DNA of 64,000 nucleotides from a virus (taxonomy: Duplodnaviria; Caudoviricetes), in the IMG/VR virus record IMGVR_UViG_3300043036_000358, positions 8,975 through 72,974 of that record, one strand, 5' to 3'. The notes under the pieces were generated by a model that worked only from the letters and a program-made list of their open reading frames with translations, was not told the DNA's origin and did not search any database. This document shows positions 35,657 to 45,793 of the stretch, piece after piece. Position 1 is the first letter of the stretch, and every line of letters begins with the position of its first letter. The translations under genes and the position numbers were made by a program.

Positions 35657-38600
35657 CTGGTTTTCCTGTCAAGTTCAAGTATTGCTTCTATTAGTAATGG
35701 AATTAACTTTTCATAGCTAACTGCTAGTGTACCATCTTGTCTAGTATGTACTGCTTCTGGTAATTGTTCTAACACTTCTTGTGCTATAACACCTACATCA
35801 TGTGCCTTTATTAACCCCAGTTTAACTTCCTTTTGATACTTACTTAAGTAATCTGGTGTCCAATCATAGTTGTAACCACCTAGTGCTCTTAGCTTTTGTA
35901 AAGGTTTTGTTATTCGCAAAATATTTTGCTTTAGTCTACGGTCACTAGAGTTATATGCTATAATATTTCCTGTTGCTGAAATGGCGCCAGTAGTAACAAT
36001 GTCACCAATAACATCAATACCAGCATTAACATTAAGCTTGCGAGTAATTGTTACATTGCCCTCAAAAGTACCGGCCTGACTAATTCCTCCATAACTTTTT
36101 GCAACTACCGCAGTACAACTAGCAACAGGTGCACTTGCATATAAACAAACTGCATCACCAACGGCAATTAAACCTATACCTTTTCTATTACCTGGATACT
36201 GCCAAGTAGAAGGATCCGCTTGAGGATCATTATTACCTGCTCCTTCTGCGACAGCAAATACACCAACGTTCCACGCACTATACAGAGTTAAGTCTGGAGC
36301 ATATCCAGCTAGGCCTACTCGTAGTACATTTTTTTCAGGATCGTTTGCAGGAATAGGGTAAAGAGCCGGGTTTAGTGCACTAACACCGCCTTGAGCATAA
36401 CCTAGTAATGCAGATCTTGCCTTGTAGGTTTGCTCTAGCAAGGCTATACCTTTATCATTAGTCCAATTTACTGTTACAGTATTAGTCTGGCCTTTAGCAA
36501 CAACTTGGCCTTGCATATAGACATTAGTACCGTAAAAATCACCAGTATCTTTTTTAATATAGTAGCCTGCTTGTACTGCACCAGTAGAGTTACTATATAT
36601 ATTTAAGAAAGACTGTAAGTCTGGTACTCCGGTACTAACTGTTTGAGACTGGTTAATATACTGCCAATTATCACTACGTATATCTTGAAATATACTAGCA
36701 GCAATTGGTGCACTCCATTTAGTAGTATTAAGTGCAATACCTTCAGGCGCACTAGCGTCATCTTCATTATATCGTCCATAACTATACCATACTACATTAC
36801 CTATTGTTGCTGTAGGTGCTGTATCAGTCCAAACAGAAGCACCACTTGTTGGTACAGAAGTATTTCCAGTAGTAGTTGTAGAGTAAGCTGGAGCTCCTAG
36901 ATTTTGTGCTACAAGCTTATATGCTACACGAGTAGATATACCTTTTGCTCCTGTACCCCCTGTTGTGCTAGCGCCTGTGGCACCAGCTTTGGATTTAGCG
37001 AAGCTTTGGCGTACTATTTGAGTACCGGTCTGACCGGTTGTAGTTACATAGCTTATGGTATAGTCTATATATGCAATATCTGCAGTCATTGCTGAATGTG
37101 TGTCATAGTCTATTGTACTAGCAGATAATGTAGGTGAAGTATCTGCAGTAATACCACTAGCAGATGTACTAGAAACATACCAAGTACCATTAGCATATGG
37201 AGAAGCTGCGTCTACTGTTAAAAGTGTATTACCTTGCTTTACACGTATAGTAGTACCACTACCTGTATATCCCGAAGTTGCAACAGTGCCATCGTTTGCA
37301 GCAGGTATAACATGAGCACTGTTTGATAACTCAACAGTTATCTGCTCAGTACCATCATTAATACGATATAGTGTAAAGCTATCGGTTACAGTACCAATAG
37401 TAGCTGTTACAATTACTGTTCCAACCGTTACTCCCAGAGCAGCAAACTGAGCTCCGGTTATTGTAATGGTATTGGTTGCTTGTGTAAAAGTTACAGCACC
37501 TGTAGTATTACCAGCACTAGTTACTAAAACCCCAGTGCGAGTATATGCTGTAGCTGTAAAAGTAGGTGTACCAGTAATATTTTTAAGAGCAGCAGTTATT
37601 ACTGTGTTAGCTGTTACTGGTGTTGTTGCAAATTGATCCTTAAATACAAAATCACTGTTAGTTGCAGATAGCTGAATTAGTGGAGCAGCAATACCTGCTT
37701 TAGATTTAGCGAAGCTTTGGCGTACTGTTTGCGTACCTGCTTGACCGGTTGTAGTTATATAGGTTATGGTATAGTCTATATACGCATTATCAGCAGTCAT
37801 TGCTGAATGTGTGTCATAGTCTATTGTACTAGCAGATAATGTAGGTGAAGTATCTGCAGTAATACCACTGGCAGATGTACTAGAAACATACCAAGTACCA
37901 TTAGCGTATGGAGAAGTTGCATCTACTGTTAAAAGTGTATTACCTTGCTTTACACGTATAGTAGTACCACTACCAATATAGTTAGCTGATACTGTGCTAC
38001 CACTTTCTGTAGCGGGTATTAGGTGAGAACTATTTGATAACTCAACAGTTATCTGCTCAGTACCATCATTAATACGATATAGTGTAAAGCTATCGGTTAC
38101 AGTACCAATAGTAGCTGTTACAATTACTGTACCAACCGTTACTCCCAGAGCAGCAAACTGAGCTCCGGTTATTGTAATGGTATTGGTTGCTTGTGTAAAA
38201 GCTACAGCACCTGTAGTATTACCTGCACTAGTTACTAGCGCGCCTGCACGAGTATACGCTGTAGCTGTAAAAGTAGGTGTACCTGTAATATTTTTAAGCG
38301 CTGCTGTTATTACTGTGTTAGCTGTTACTGGTGTTGTTGCAAACTCATCCTTAAATACAAAATCACTGTTAGTTACAGATAGCTGAATTAATGGAGCGTT
38401 AGCTCCAGGTGCACCGCTATTAGATTTATTTAGTGTAAGTATTTTGCTTAGTGTAAGAGTACCGAGTTTTGCATTATATGTTGCGCTAGCACTAACTGCA
38501 CTTATAGCGCTAATAGCAATAACTCCAGTAGTAGCGTTTATAGTACTGGTCATACCAGTTTCGGATGCTTTTTCCCAAGTAACGCCGTCACTATTAGTAA

Positions 38601-40413
38601 GCACAGCGCTTCCACGTAAAACTACTAACTTACTTGATAGTGGTAACTGCCCTGCTATAGGTGTTCCTGTACTATCGCAGCTTACAGTTTGATTCTCGTT
38701 TTCTAAACCTGCTACTATAGTGTCGTCGCCCTCTTTCACTGAATATAGAGTAAGTAGGTCATACCCTGTTTCACCATCGCCTGTTACATCTACCCGTATT
38801 AACACAGTGCCTGCGGCAAAGCTGCTACGTGTAAGCGTGTTACCAGTAGCACCTTCAATAACTGTTAGTGTAGCACCTCCATCAGTACTTGACTTCCAAA
38901 CGTACGTAGGGCTGGCACCAAAATTAGAAGCAGTAGCAGTAAGTGTAACTGAACTTGGCGTTACCGTTCCTGTATTTTTTTGTTTTATAAATACTTGACC
39001 AGTAGAAGTTAGTGTTACTAATGGTGCACTAGAACCAGTTATACCGGCTTTGGATTTAGCAAAACTCTGACGAACTACTTGACTACCTGTTTGACCTGTG
39101 GTAGTTCTATAATATATTGTATAATCAATATATGCACTGTCCGCAGTCATGGCTGCATGAGTGTCAAAATCTATATAGTTACTGGCAACCGTAGGTGTAG
39201 GATCGCAGGTAATACCAACACTGGTGATATCAAATATATTCCAAGTACCTACGCTATCATACGGTGAAGTTTGGTCCACTGGTAGATAAGTGTTGCCTTG
39301 TTTTACACGAACTGTGGTGCCGCTACCAATATAGTTAGCTGCTACTGTATCACCGTTTTCTGCAGCAGGTATTAGGTGAGAACTATTTGATAACTCAACA
39401 GTTATCTGCTCAGTACCATCATTAATACGATATAGTGTAAAGCTATCACTTACTGTACCAATAGTAGCTGTTACAATTACTGTACCAACCGTTACTCCCA
39501 GAGCAGCAAACTGAGCTCCGGTTATAGTAATAGTATTACCGGATGTTGTAAAAGCCACTGCACCTGTAAGGTTACCTGGGGTGGTTACTAGTACCCCTGC
39601 ACGAGTATATGCTTTGGCTGTAAAAACAACCGTACCCGTAATATTTTTAAGAGCTGCAGTTAACACTGTGTTAGTGGTTAAGGAAGTTGTTGCAAACTGG
39701 TCTTTAAACACAAAATCGCTGTTAGTTGCTGACAACTGAATTAGCGGTGCATTAGCTCCAGCTATACCCTTATAAACATTCCATACTTGCTCTACTACAA
39801 CAGTTTTATATGTTGCCAGAAACGTAATACTACCGCTATTTGCAGTCATTCCTGTACAACTATAAACACCACTATTGGCATCTATAGTTGCCCCAGTAAG
39901 AAAACTATTACTATTTGCTTTAATGCTATAAACAGGTCCTGCACCTGTAACGTCTTGGCTTACATCATATACCTTAAAGGTACCAGTAGCAAGACTGAAG
40001 TTTCCACCAGTTCCGTCTGCAGCAGTTGCAATGCCGGTAGGGTCATTGGTTAGATAACCATACACAGTAACATTTTCGTCATACACTACTTGAGTTAGTT
40101 CACTAGAAACAGTATAAGATTCTGGCCCCGTAGGGCCTGCTGGATCTACTTCATCGGAATCAATAGCACTAATAAAAGCATACTTTACATAGTACCTTGT
40201 GTTGGGTACTAAGTTTGTAATGATTACTGATAAACTATTACCAGAAGGCACCAATGTGCCCTGTCCATTATTTGGATCAAATCCAGTTGTTGTAGAATAC
40301 CATACTCTTACCGATTGTAAGTCGTCCCTGATGTCTGTAGTCCTAACAGTGTCATATGGTTTATCTAGTACCAAATGTAGCGATTTTACGCCGGGGTATA
40401 AATATGCCGCCAT
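35653..40413 (-). CDS. Large tail fibre/spike with repeated Ig-like modules and C-terminal S74 chaperone
   Basis: FN3-like N-terminus, three ~236-aa repeats, YNSSDRRLKQNI...GVIAQEV...SYEKLIPLLIEAI. Confidence 0.85.
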   Translation of the reverse strand: MAAYLYPGVKSLHLVLDKPYDTVRTTDIRDDLQSVRVWYSTTTGFDPNNGQGTLVPSGNSLSVIITNLVPNTRYYVKYAFISAIDSDEVDPAGPTGPESYTVSSELTQVVYDENVTVYGYLTNDPTGIATAADGTGGNFSLATGTFKVYDVSQDVTGAGPVYSIKANSNSFLTGATIDANSGVYSCTGMTANSGSITFLATYKTVVVEQVWNVYKGIAGANAPLIQLSATNSDFVFKDQFATTSLTTNTVLTAALKNITGTVVFTAKAYTRAGVLVTTPGNLTGAVAFTTSGNTITITGAQFAALGVTVGTVIVTATIGTVSDSFTLYRINDGTEQITVELSNSSHLIPAAENGDTVAANYIGSGTTVRVKQGNTYLPVDQTSPYDSVGTWNIFDITSVGITCDPTPTVASNYIDFDTHAAMTADSAYIDYTIYYRTTTGQTGSQVVRQSFAKSKAGITGSSAPLVTLTSTGQVFIKQKNTGTVTPSSVTLTATASNFGASPTYVWKSSTDGGATLTVIEGATGNTLTRSSFAAGTVLIRVDVTGDGETGYDLLTLYSVKEGDDTIVAGLENENQTVSCDSTGTPIAGQLPLSSKLVVLRGSAVLTNSDGVTWEKASETGMTSTINATTGVIAISAISAVSASATYNAKLGTLTLSKILTLNKSNSGAPGANAPLIQLSVTNSDFVFKDEFATTPVTANTVITAALKNITGTPTFTATAYTRAGALVTSAGNTTGAVAFTQATNTITITGAQFAALGVTVGTVIVTATIGTVTDSFTLYRINDGTEQITVELSNSSHLIPATESGSTVSANYIGSGTTIRVKQGNTLLTVDATSPYANGTWYVSSTSASGITADTSPTLSASTIDYDTHSAMTADNAYIDYTITYITTTGQAGTQTVRQSFAKSKAGIAAPLIQLSATNSDFVFKDQFATTPVTANTVITAALKNITGTPTFTATAYTRTGVLVTSAGNTTGAVTFTQATNTITITGAQFAALGVTVGTVIVTATIGTVTDSFTLYRINDGTEQITVELSNSAHVIPAANDGTVATSGYTGSGTTIRVKQGNTLLTVDAASPYANGTWYVSSTSASGITADTSPTLSASTIDYDTHSAMTADIAYIDYTISYVTTTGQTGTQIVRQSFAKSKAGATGASTTGGTGAKGISTRVAYKLVAQNLGAPAYSTTTTGNTSVPTSGASVWTDTAPTATIGNVVWYSYGRYNEDDASAPEGIALNTTKWSAPIAASIFQDIRSDNWQYINQSQTVSTGVPDLQSFLNIYSNSTGAVQAGYYIKKDTGDFYGTNVYMQGQVVAKGQTNTVTVNWTNDKGIALLEQTYKARSALLGYAQGGVSALNPALYPIPANDPEKNVLRVGLAGYAPDLTLYSAWNVGVFAVAEGAGNNDPQADPSTWQYPGNRKGIGLIAVGDAVCLYASAPVASCTAVVAKSYGGISQAGTFEGNVTITRKLNVNAGIDVIGDIVTTGAISATGNIIAYNSSDRRLKQNILRITKPLQKLRALGGYNYDWTPDYLSKYQKEVKLGLIKAHDVGVIAQEVLEQLPEAVHTRQDGTLAVSYEKLIPLLIEAILELDRKTR
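36983..39750 (-). repeat. Three near-identical ~705 nt intragenic repeats
   Basis: Copies ~39044-39750, ~37694-38397 and ~36983-37686 (APLIQLS.TNSDFVFKD...QSFAKSKAG); copies 2 and 3 have a 711 nt period. Confidence 0.92.
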
Positions 40414-40422
40414 TTTTATCCT

Positions 40423-43400
40423 TTATGTAATAGTTTTAACAACTATTGTTCCTAGAGTACTTACAGTACTGTAATTTCCTTGACGATCTAGTGCCCTGCA
40501 AGCTATTCTGTAGGTAACTCCAGCTGCGGAAAGTCTTGGCCTTGGTTGTTCACGAAGGTCAAATCTAGCATCTCCGGTGCTTTTAACAATTTTAATACCA
40601 TACTGCGGATCACTGATATCTAATTCCCAGAAATCTTCTGTACCAGTATCTTTGCGTAATCTGTACTCGTAAGTTAAAAAATCAGGCATTTGTGTTGTTA
40701 CAGCTGGCTTTGCAACAATAAAAGTACCTTCTAAATCTACTTCCAATGTTGGCGCTAAAGACCCATTAACAGTTTTACCAGAATTTAAAAACCAAAATAT
40801 CTCGCTCCAAGGACCGACTATTAATCCAGACTTACTGCTATACCTAGAACGCATTTTGTATGTGCTGTCTGTAGTTAGTCCATTAACTACTAAACTGCTA
40901 ATAGATTTATCAACTGTGTATATTTCACTTAAACTACTAGAATCAAAATCCGAATCTGCACGAATAATCTGCGATTCAATTTGCTCAGCATTTTGACTTA
41001 ATCCCATAGGGCTAGAGAAACTAACAATCACTACGTTTTGATAAGTTCCACCAGAGATTGCTTCACTTAAGGCACTTTCGCTACTTACTTGATTGATAAT
41101 AGGTGCTTGTGTTATGGTATTTTTAACAATATCAGTATTATCTAATGTAATATTTGCGTCAAATGTTAATAATTGGTCTAAATCAGCAGTGTATATTTCT
41201 GGGGAATAGTCAACAAGAGTTAACTTAGCTCCAGTACTACTTGTAGGCTCTATGCTTAGAACCACTAATTCTTGAGTTACTCGATCTAACTCGCCCAACA
41301 TAAATAAATTATCAGGCTCTATACCATCAGATAATTGAATTATTGAAGCATCGGATAACTGTATTGTAGTATAGAAATCAGTAATAGTAATTGGAGCTAA
41401 TGTTTTTGTAATTCCATCTGGCTTAGTTTTATCGTTTGTTCTAATTAGTATGCTATAAGTTTTACCGGCAGTTAACTTCATTGGCTCGGTTAACTGAAGT
41501 GCGGTACTGCCTACTGTAACAGCTTTAATTCTGCCACTGCCCACGCCCCATAGAGGCACATCGTGGCTTACCTTTACAACGTCACCGCGATTACATACCA
41601 AGTATTCAAAGTCAGTATTAATAGAGTAAGTTTCTGGTCGTAGTTTTATCTGAGCATGGTGCCATCTAGCTAAGAACTTTGCTTGATCTTTATTAGTTAC
41701 TCCTGGTAGTGTCAGGCTTTCAAATAATGTAGCGGCTTCTTTACCACTAGTACCATCTTTGTTATATCCGTAATTATAAACAATAAGTTCATTGGTTTGA
41801 TACGCCTGTTGCTCGTCTAGTAAGTTTATTCTAAACGCATGTGGAAGTCTTAACAATGTTTTTGTAGACTCGAAATCCCAACTATTGTATGGTGTAAAGT
41901 ACTGAGTAGTATACGGTCTTGGCTTATCTACTACAACGGACCATTTGCCGTCAATAAATAATGGACTTGCTAGCCCTGCAGCACATATATCACGTAATAC
42001 ATCAATAATACTCATGTTATTAGTAAGAGTATTATTGTACTCTAACTTACCACCGCTTGAGTTACCAGTATCACAAAACTCGTGCCAGTCTTGTAACGTA
42101 GCTAAGTCAATTTTATCTCGCCACTCTGTGTTTTTGATAGCGTATGCATTTGCAGGATGCATTAGTACATGCATAAATAAACTAGCAGGATTGCTAGTAG
42201 GTCTATTAATCCATGTCTGCGTAGCCTTATCCCAGTCTAAACAAATTGATTGTACTAGTGCATTTACACCTTCAATGCTGCCATTGATCTTGTTAGTACT
42301 TTGTACTTTGATAGCAGTTTTTGCTAACCAACAGCCTGGAGGATTTACCGCAGGTCTAGTATTATCGAAACAGGCTGCAGTAAATAGCACAATCTTATTT
42401 AAATAGCGCAAGTCTCCTTGTTCTTCTATACTACTATTAGTTCTCTTACACCTTATTGCATACCTAGCTTTAGGTAATTGCTCGAAATATTGTGTGTATC
42501 CACCCGCATCTTTGCGTTTATGAAACAGTCCAGGAGCACCAAAAACAATTTCTGTATAAGTTTTTGCAACTGTGTTAATACCGCCACGAGTATACTTAAC
42601 AACAAGTGAACCACCTATTAATCCGCCCCCTGAATTATCTGCTTTTAATCTAACAGTGTGATTTCCCTTTTCTAAATAGTGTAAGGTACTTTGTACTTCT
42701 CTCCAACTAAGTGCTTTTATAATAGTTATACCATCTACTATTACTTCTCCACTATCATCAGCGCTTGTTTCAAACAAGTACTGCCCAGAGTACGGAAAGT
42801 ACACTGTTTGTGAATAGTCTAAACTTGTACCGCTCTTGTTACCGTCATTTGAAGCAATGCCGTAGTTATTTAGTAAGCTAGTCCAACCACTATAACCCTC
42901 AGCATTTGTCTTACCTATAAACTGTCGAGAAGTAAATATAGTCTCAGTTTCAAGACCACTATCTTCAGTTACTACATTAGATGCAGCATTTTTAATTATG
43001 TACCCTGCTTGTACGTCAAATTTTACATAACCACTAGGGCTATATACCGTTGTATTAAACTCGCCCTGATAAGCTTCAGTTAACTGAGTGACAGTTAATC
43101 CCAGGCCTTCGTGCATAGAATACTGACTTAAATAACTAATTGTACTTTCTACCTCTCCGCTGCCTTTTAATAATACTGTATGTATTGGTAAAAAATCTTG
43201 TGGAATTACAGGTATAGTAGAAAATTTAGCACTTATGTCCTCTAGCATCCAACCATAGTTACTTTTTTCCGCAGCAGCTATTTCTGATGAGGTTAGAACC
43301 CCGTTAGGGTTTGAATAAACAATGCCATCAAATATTTGTACGCCACCGGTAGGTGCTATAGCAAAAGTAAAAAATTGATGGTATGGAACGTAGTTAGCTA

Positions 43401-44898
43401 CAGTAGTATCGCCCATAGGAACGTCAGTGGTATTACCTCCAGGTGCTGGTAAAGTAGTAGTAAATGCTGCAGGGTCTAATTGGTTCGAGTTATACGCACC
43501 CAGCGAATAAGGAGTTTGAGGACTAAAGATCCATTGTGCAGTGGCGGGATTATACACACCTAATTCCACAGATACTTTAGCTGTGGTTTCTGACACATCA
43601 CCATTTTTAGTATTAACGGCACGCATACCTTCAGGAGCAGTAAAAGAAACAGCTACTCGGGTAGACTCTTGATTAAAGTAAATATACTGCCAAGGGTTGT
43701 CGGCCTCTAAATTTACTAGCTCTACTTGCTTTGCTGGGGCCTGCTCTACGTCGGAACCATATAGTGCATTAAAACTTGTTTCGTCCTGATCTGTAGTACC
43801 GTATAGTGTAACTGGTCTAGGAGTTTCTAGTGCTAGTCCAGTATAGTAATTTTCTAGTTGATTGGCACCAATACAAATATCATTAATTGCTAGTGGGCCA
43901 AAACCCCATACAATTAATAAGTTTAATAAAGTTGTATCGCTTAATGTTTCTATGTATGGTGTAGCACCTAACAAACCAGACATTCTAACTTTACCAAGTA
44001 CTACAGGTATCGCTCCGAATCTATTTTCTTGATTGCTAGTACCAGTAAATACATTTAGTGGATTAGAGTTACCAGGATCATTTACGGTAGGTTGTCTAAC
44101 TGGAAAAATAGCGTTTACAAGTGCAGAAGCCGCAATAGCTACCGCAAACTTACCAGCTGCTGCTGCAAAACTACCTGCTGCAGCTGCTCCGCCTGCAAGG
44201 AATTTGCCTACCATTGGTCCTAAGTAGACTACGGCTACAAAAACAATTACCATTTTTAAAACTTGTTCGCCGGCAACTGCTTTGTAAGTAACTACTTCTC
44301 CTGCTTTTAAAACAGTAGTAGCCCATAAATCCTTTTGTACTGGCACACCGTCTACTAAAATAACTAGTTTTTCTGTGTACTGTGTACTATTAATAGCATA
44401 TTTTTGTGTGATAAAATCAGCTACTTCTTGAACAGTTTTACCTGCCGCAGAAGATTCAAATACAATGCTTGATTTTAGTGGGTGTGGAGCACCTACAAGT
44501 TGTACTTGATTTTTAGTACTGTACTTGTATACTCCTTCTATTCGCTTAGTCCACTTGCTTGAAGTAAGTGACTCTACTACACTGTTTGCACCACTTCTGC
44601 AGTGTATAAACTTATTGTTATCTATATAAACGCCAACGTGCGAAGGCTCGCCTAGCATATTAAATACTATTACGTCTCCGGGAGCATACTCAGTGGTTTT
44701 TTCCCAGTTATCTTTGTAAAGATTAACCAAGCTAGAAATATCAGGGTCGCTGCGACCGTAATACTCTGTAGTATAGCTAGGTAGATCAATACCTAGTTCT
44801 TCTTTATAATAAAGGCGAACTAGTCCCCAGCAATCTATGCCGTCAATATCTCTACCATTATCTTTGTATGGTAATCCTATATATTTATCATATTTCAT
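40423..44898 (-). CDS. Tail tip hub: NlpC/P60 + gpI-like + gpJ-like fusion
   Basis: GRDIDGIDCWGLVR and HVGVY (NlpC/P60), then AIPVVLGKVR, WGFGP, CNRGDVVKV, FN3 C-terminus. Confidence 0.82.
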   Translation of the reverse strand: MKYDKYIGLPYKDNGRDIDGIDCWGLVRLYYKEELGIDLPSYTTEYYGRSDPDISSLVNLYKDNWEKTTEYAPGDVIVFNMLGEPSHVGVYIDNNKFIHCRSGANSVVESLTSSKWTKRIEGVYKYSTKNQVQLVGAPHPLKSSIVFESSAAGKTVQEVADFITQKYAINSTQYTEKLVILVDGVPVQKDLWATTVLKAGEVVTYKAVAGEQVLKMVIVFVAVVYLGPMVGKFLAGGAAAAGSFAAAAGKFAVAIAASALVNAIFPVRQPTVNDPGNSNPLNVFTGTSNQENRFGAIPVVLGKVRMSGLLGATPYIETLSDTTLLNLLIVWGFGPLAINDICIGANQLENYYTGLALETPRPVTLYGTTDQDETSFNALYGSDVEQAPAKQVELVNLEADNPWQYIYFNQESTRVAVSFTAPEGMRAVNTKNGDVSETTAKVSVELGVYNPATAQWIFSPQTPYSLGAYNSNQLDPAAFTTTLPAPGGNTTDVPMGDTTVANYVPYHQFFTFAIAPTGGVQIFDGIVYSNPNGVLTSSEIAAAEKSNYGWMLEDISAKFSTIPVIPQDFLPIHTVLLKGSGEVESTISYLSQYSMHEGLGLTVTQLTEAYQGEFNTTVYSPSGYVKFDVQAGYIIKNAASNVVTEDSGLETETIFTSRQFIGKTNAEGYSGWTSLLNNYGIASNDGNKSGTSLDYSQTVYFPYSGQYLFETSADDSGEVIVDGITIIKALSWREVQSTLHYLEKGNHTVRLKADNSGGGLIGGSLVVKYTRGGINTVAKTYTEIVFGAPGLFHKRKDAGGYTQYFEQLPKARYAIRCKRTNSSIEEQGDLRYLNKIVLFTAACFDNTRPAVNPPGCWLAKTAIKVQSTNKINGSIEGVNALVQSICLDWDKATQTWINRPTSNPASLFMHVLMHPANAYAIKNTEWRDKIDLATLQDWHEFCDTGNSSGGKLEYNNTLTNNMSIIDVLRDICAAGLASPLFIDGKWSVVVDKPRPYTTQYFTPYNSWDFESTKTLLRLPHAFRINLLDEQQAYQTNELIVYNYGYNKDGTSGKEAATLFESLTLPGVTNKDQAKFLARWHHAQIKLRPETYSINTDFEYLVCNRGDVVKVSHDVPLWGVGSGRIKAVTVGSTALQLTEPMKLTAGKTYSILIRTNDKTKPDGITKTLAPITITDFYTTIQLSDASIIQLSDGIEPDNLFMLGELDRVTQELVVLSIEPTSSTGAKLTLVDYSPEIYTADLDQLLTFDANITLDNTDIVKNTITQAPIINQVSSESALSEAISGGTYQNVVIVSFSSPMGLSQNAEQIESQIIRADSDFDSSSLSEIYTVDKSISSLVVNGLTTDSTYKMRSRYSSKSGLIVGPWSEIFWFLNSGKTVNGSLAPTLEVDLEGTFIVAKPAVTTQMPDFLTYEYRLRKDTGTEDFWELDISDPQYGIKIVKSTGDARFDLREQPRPRLSAAGVTYRIACRALDRQGNYSTVSTLGTIVVKTIT

Positions 44899-45428
44899 TA
44901 AAATAATCCTGGGAAATAGCCAGGTGTAAAATTATAGCACGGAAAAGGCTCACGACTTAGATTAACCATCTCTAAACTAAGGTTGATTTGCTGTGCGTTA
45001 TACGTTACACTGGTTATAGAGAAATCGGAGAAAGTTGCCTCTACATAGTCTGGAGTACTAGATAGTACTAGCTCTAGCAGTATTTTTGTGGGCTTTGTTA
45101 TGTTTTGTCGTATTAATGCTATTAAGTCTGGAGCAGCATATTGTAATACAATATTAAACTGCCCCATACCTATTTCTTGCTCTGTTGGCAAGGTTATTTC
45201 CATAGGTAAAAAGTAGTAACTATTAGACCTACTTGTTACACCATAAATAATCTCCTGGTCCGTAGTTAAACTTGCTAACCTGCCTGTAAAGCCGTTAGCA
45301 AGTCTACCTACTACAGTACTTGGATTTTCAGGATCATATATGGTTAAAAGCATTAATAATGCTTCATTTGTTTCCGAACCATACATTGCTTTTATAGCAT
45401 TAGAAGATAGTCTATTTAATCTACTCAT
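44898..45428 (-). CDS. Tail tip protein (gpL/DUF1833-like)
   Basis: YYFLPMEITLP, PDYVE, EPFPC.NFTPGYFPGLF. Confidence 0.7.
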   Translation of the reverse strand: MSRLNRLSSNAIKAMYGSETNEALLMLLTIYDPENPSTVVGRLANGFTGRLASLTTDQEIIYGVTSRSNSYYFLPMEITLPTEQEIGMGQFNIVLQYAAPDLIALIRQNITKPTKILLELVLSSTPDYVEATFSDFSITSVTYNAQQINLSLEMVNLSREPFPCYNFTPGYFPGLF

Positions 45429-45790
45429 GGCATTACTTCAAGTTTTAAGCTAGTTGACCAGTATCCTGGTGCAATATATTGTAGTGTATAAAATTCGCCA
45501 GAATTAGCTGGTATAATACGAACATCTATTATAGTGTTTAGTAATCTGGGGTGTGGAAAACGGAATCTATTTGTACCATAGACGTAGTCTTTTACAAATT
45601 CTTCCAGTATTTGAGTTTGAGCTGTTGTCATTATAAATGACAGTGACAATTCTGTTGGCTTTGAACCACGTCTGCGCTGTTTTGCAGGGCCGGCATCAGT
45701 TTGACTGCGAATTATATTAACACCCACAGTCTCCTGAAACCCTTTTTGAGGAGACTGTGGTAAAGTGCTAGGCCATAGTAATACTGCCAT
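45425..45790 (-). CDS. Distal tail protein (gpM/Dit-like)
   Basis: WPSTLPQ, SQTDAGPAKQRRR, F.FPHP; follows tape measure. Confidence 0.72.
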   Translation of the reverse strand: MAVLLWPSTLPQSPQKGFQETVGVNIIRSQTDAGPAKQRRRGSKPTELSLSFIMTTAQTQILEEFVKDYVYGTNRFRFPHPRLLNTIIDVRIIPANSGEFYTLQYIAPGYWSTSLKLEVMP

Positions 45791-45793
45791 TTA

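Noticed and set aside
30720-39750. Diversity-generating retroelement (template/variable repeat pairs) in the fibre genes
   Set aside because: All repeats are intragenic and in frame, the mismatches I inspected are mostly synonymous and not adenine-specific, and no reverse transcriptase is in the window
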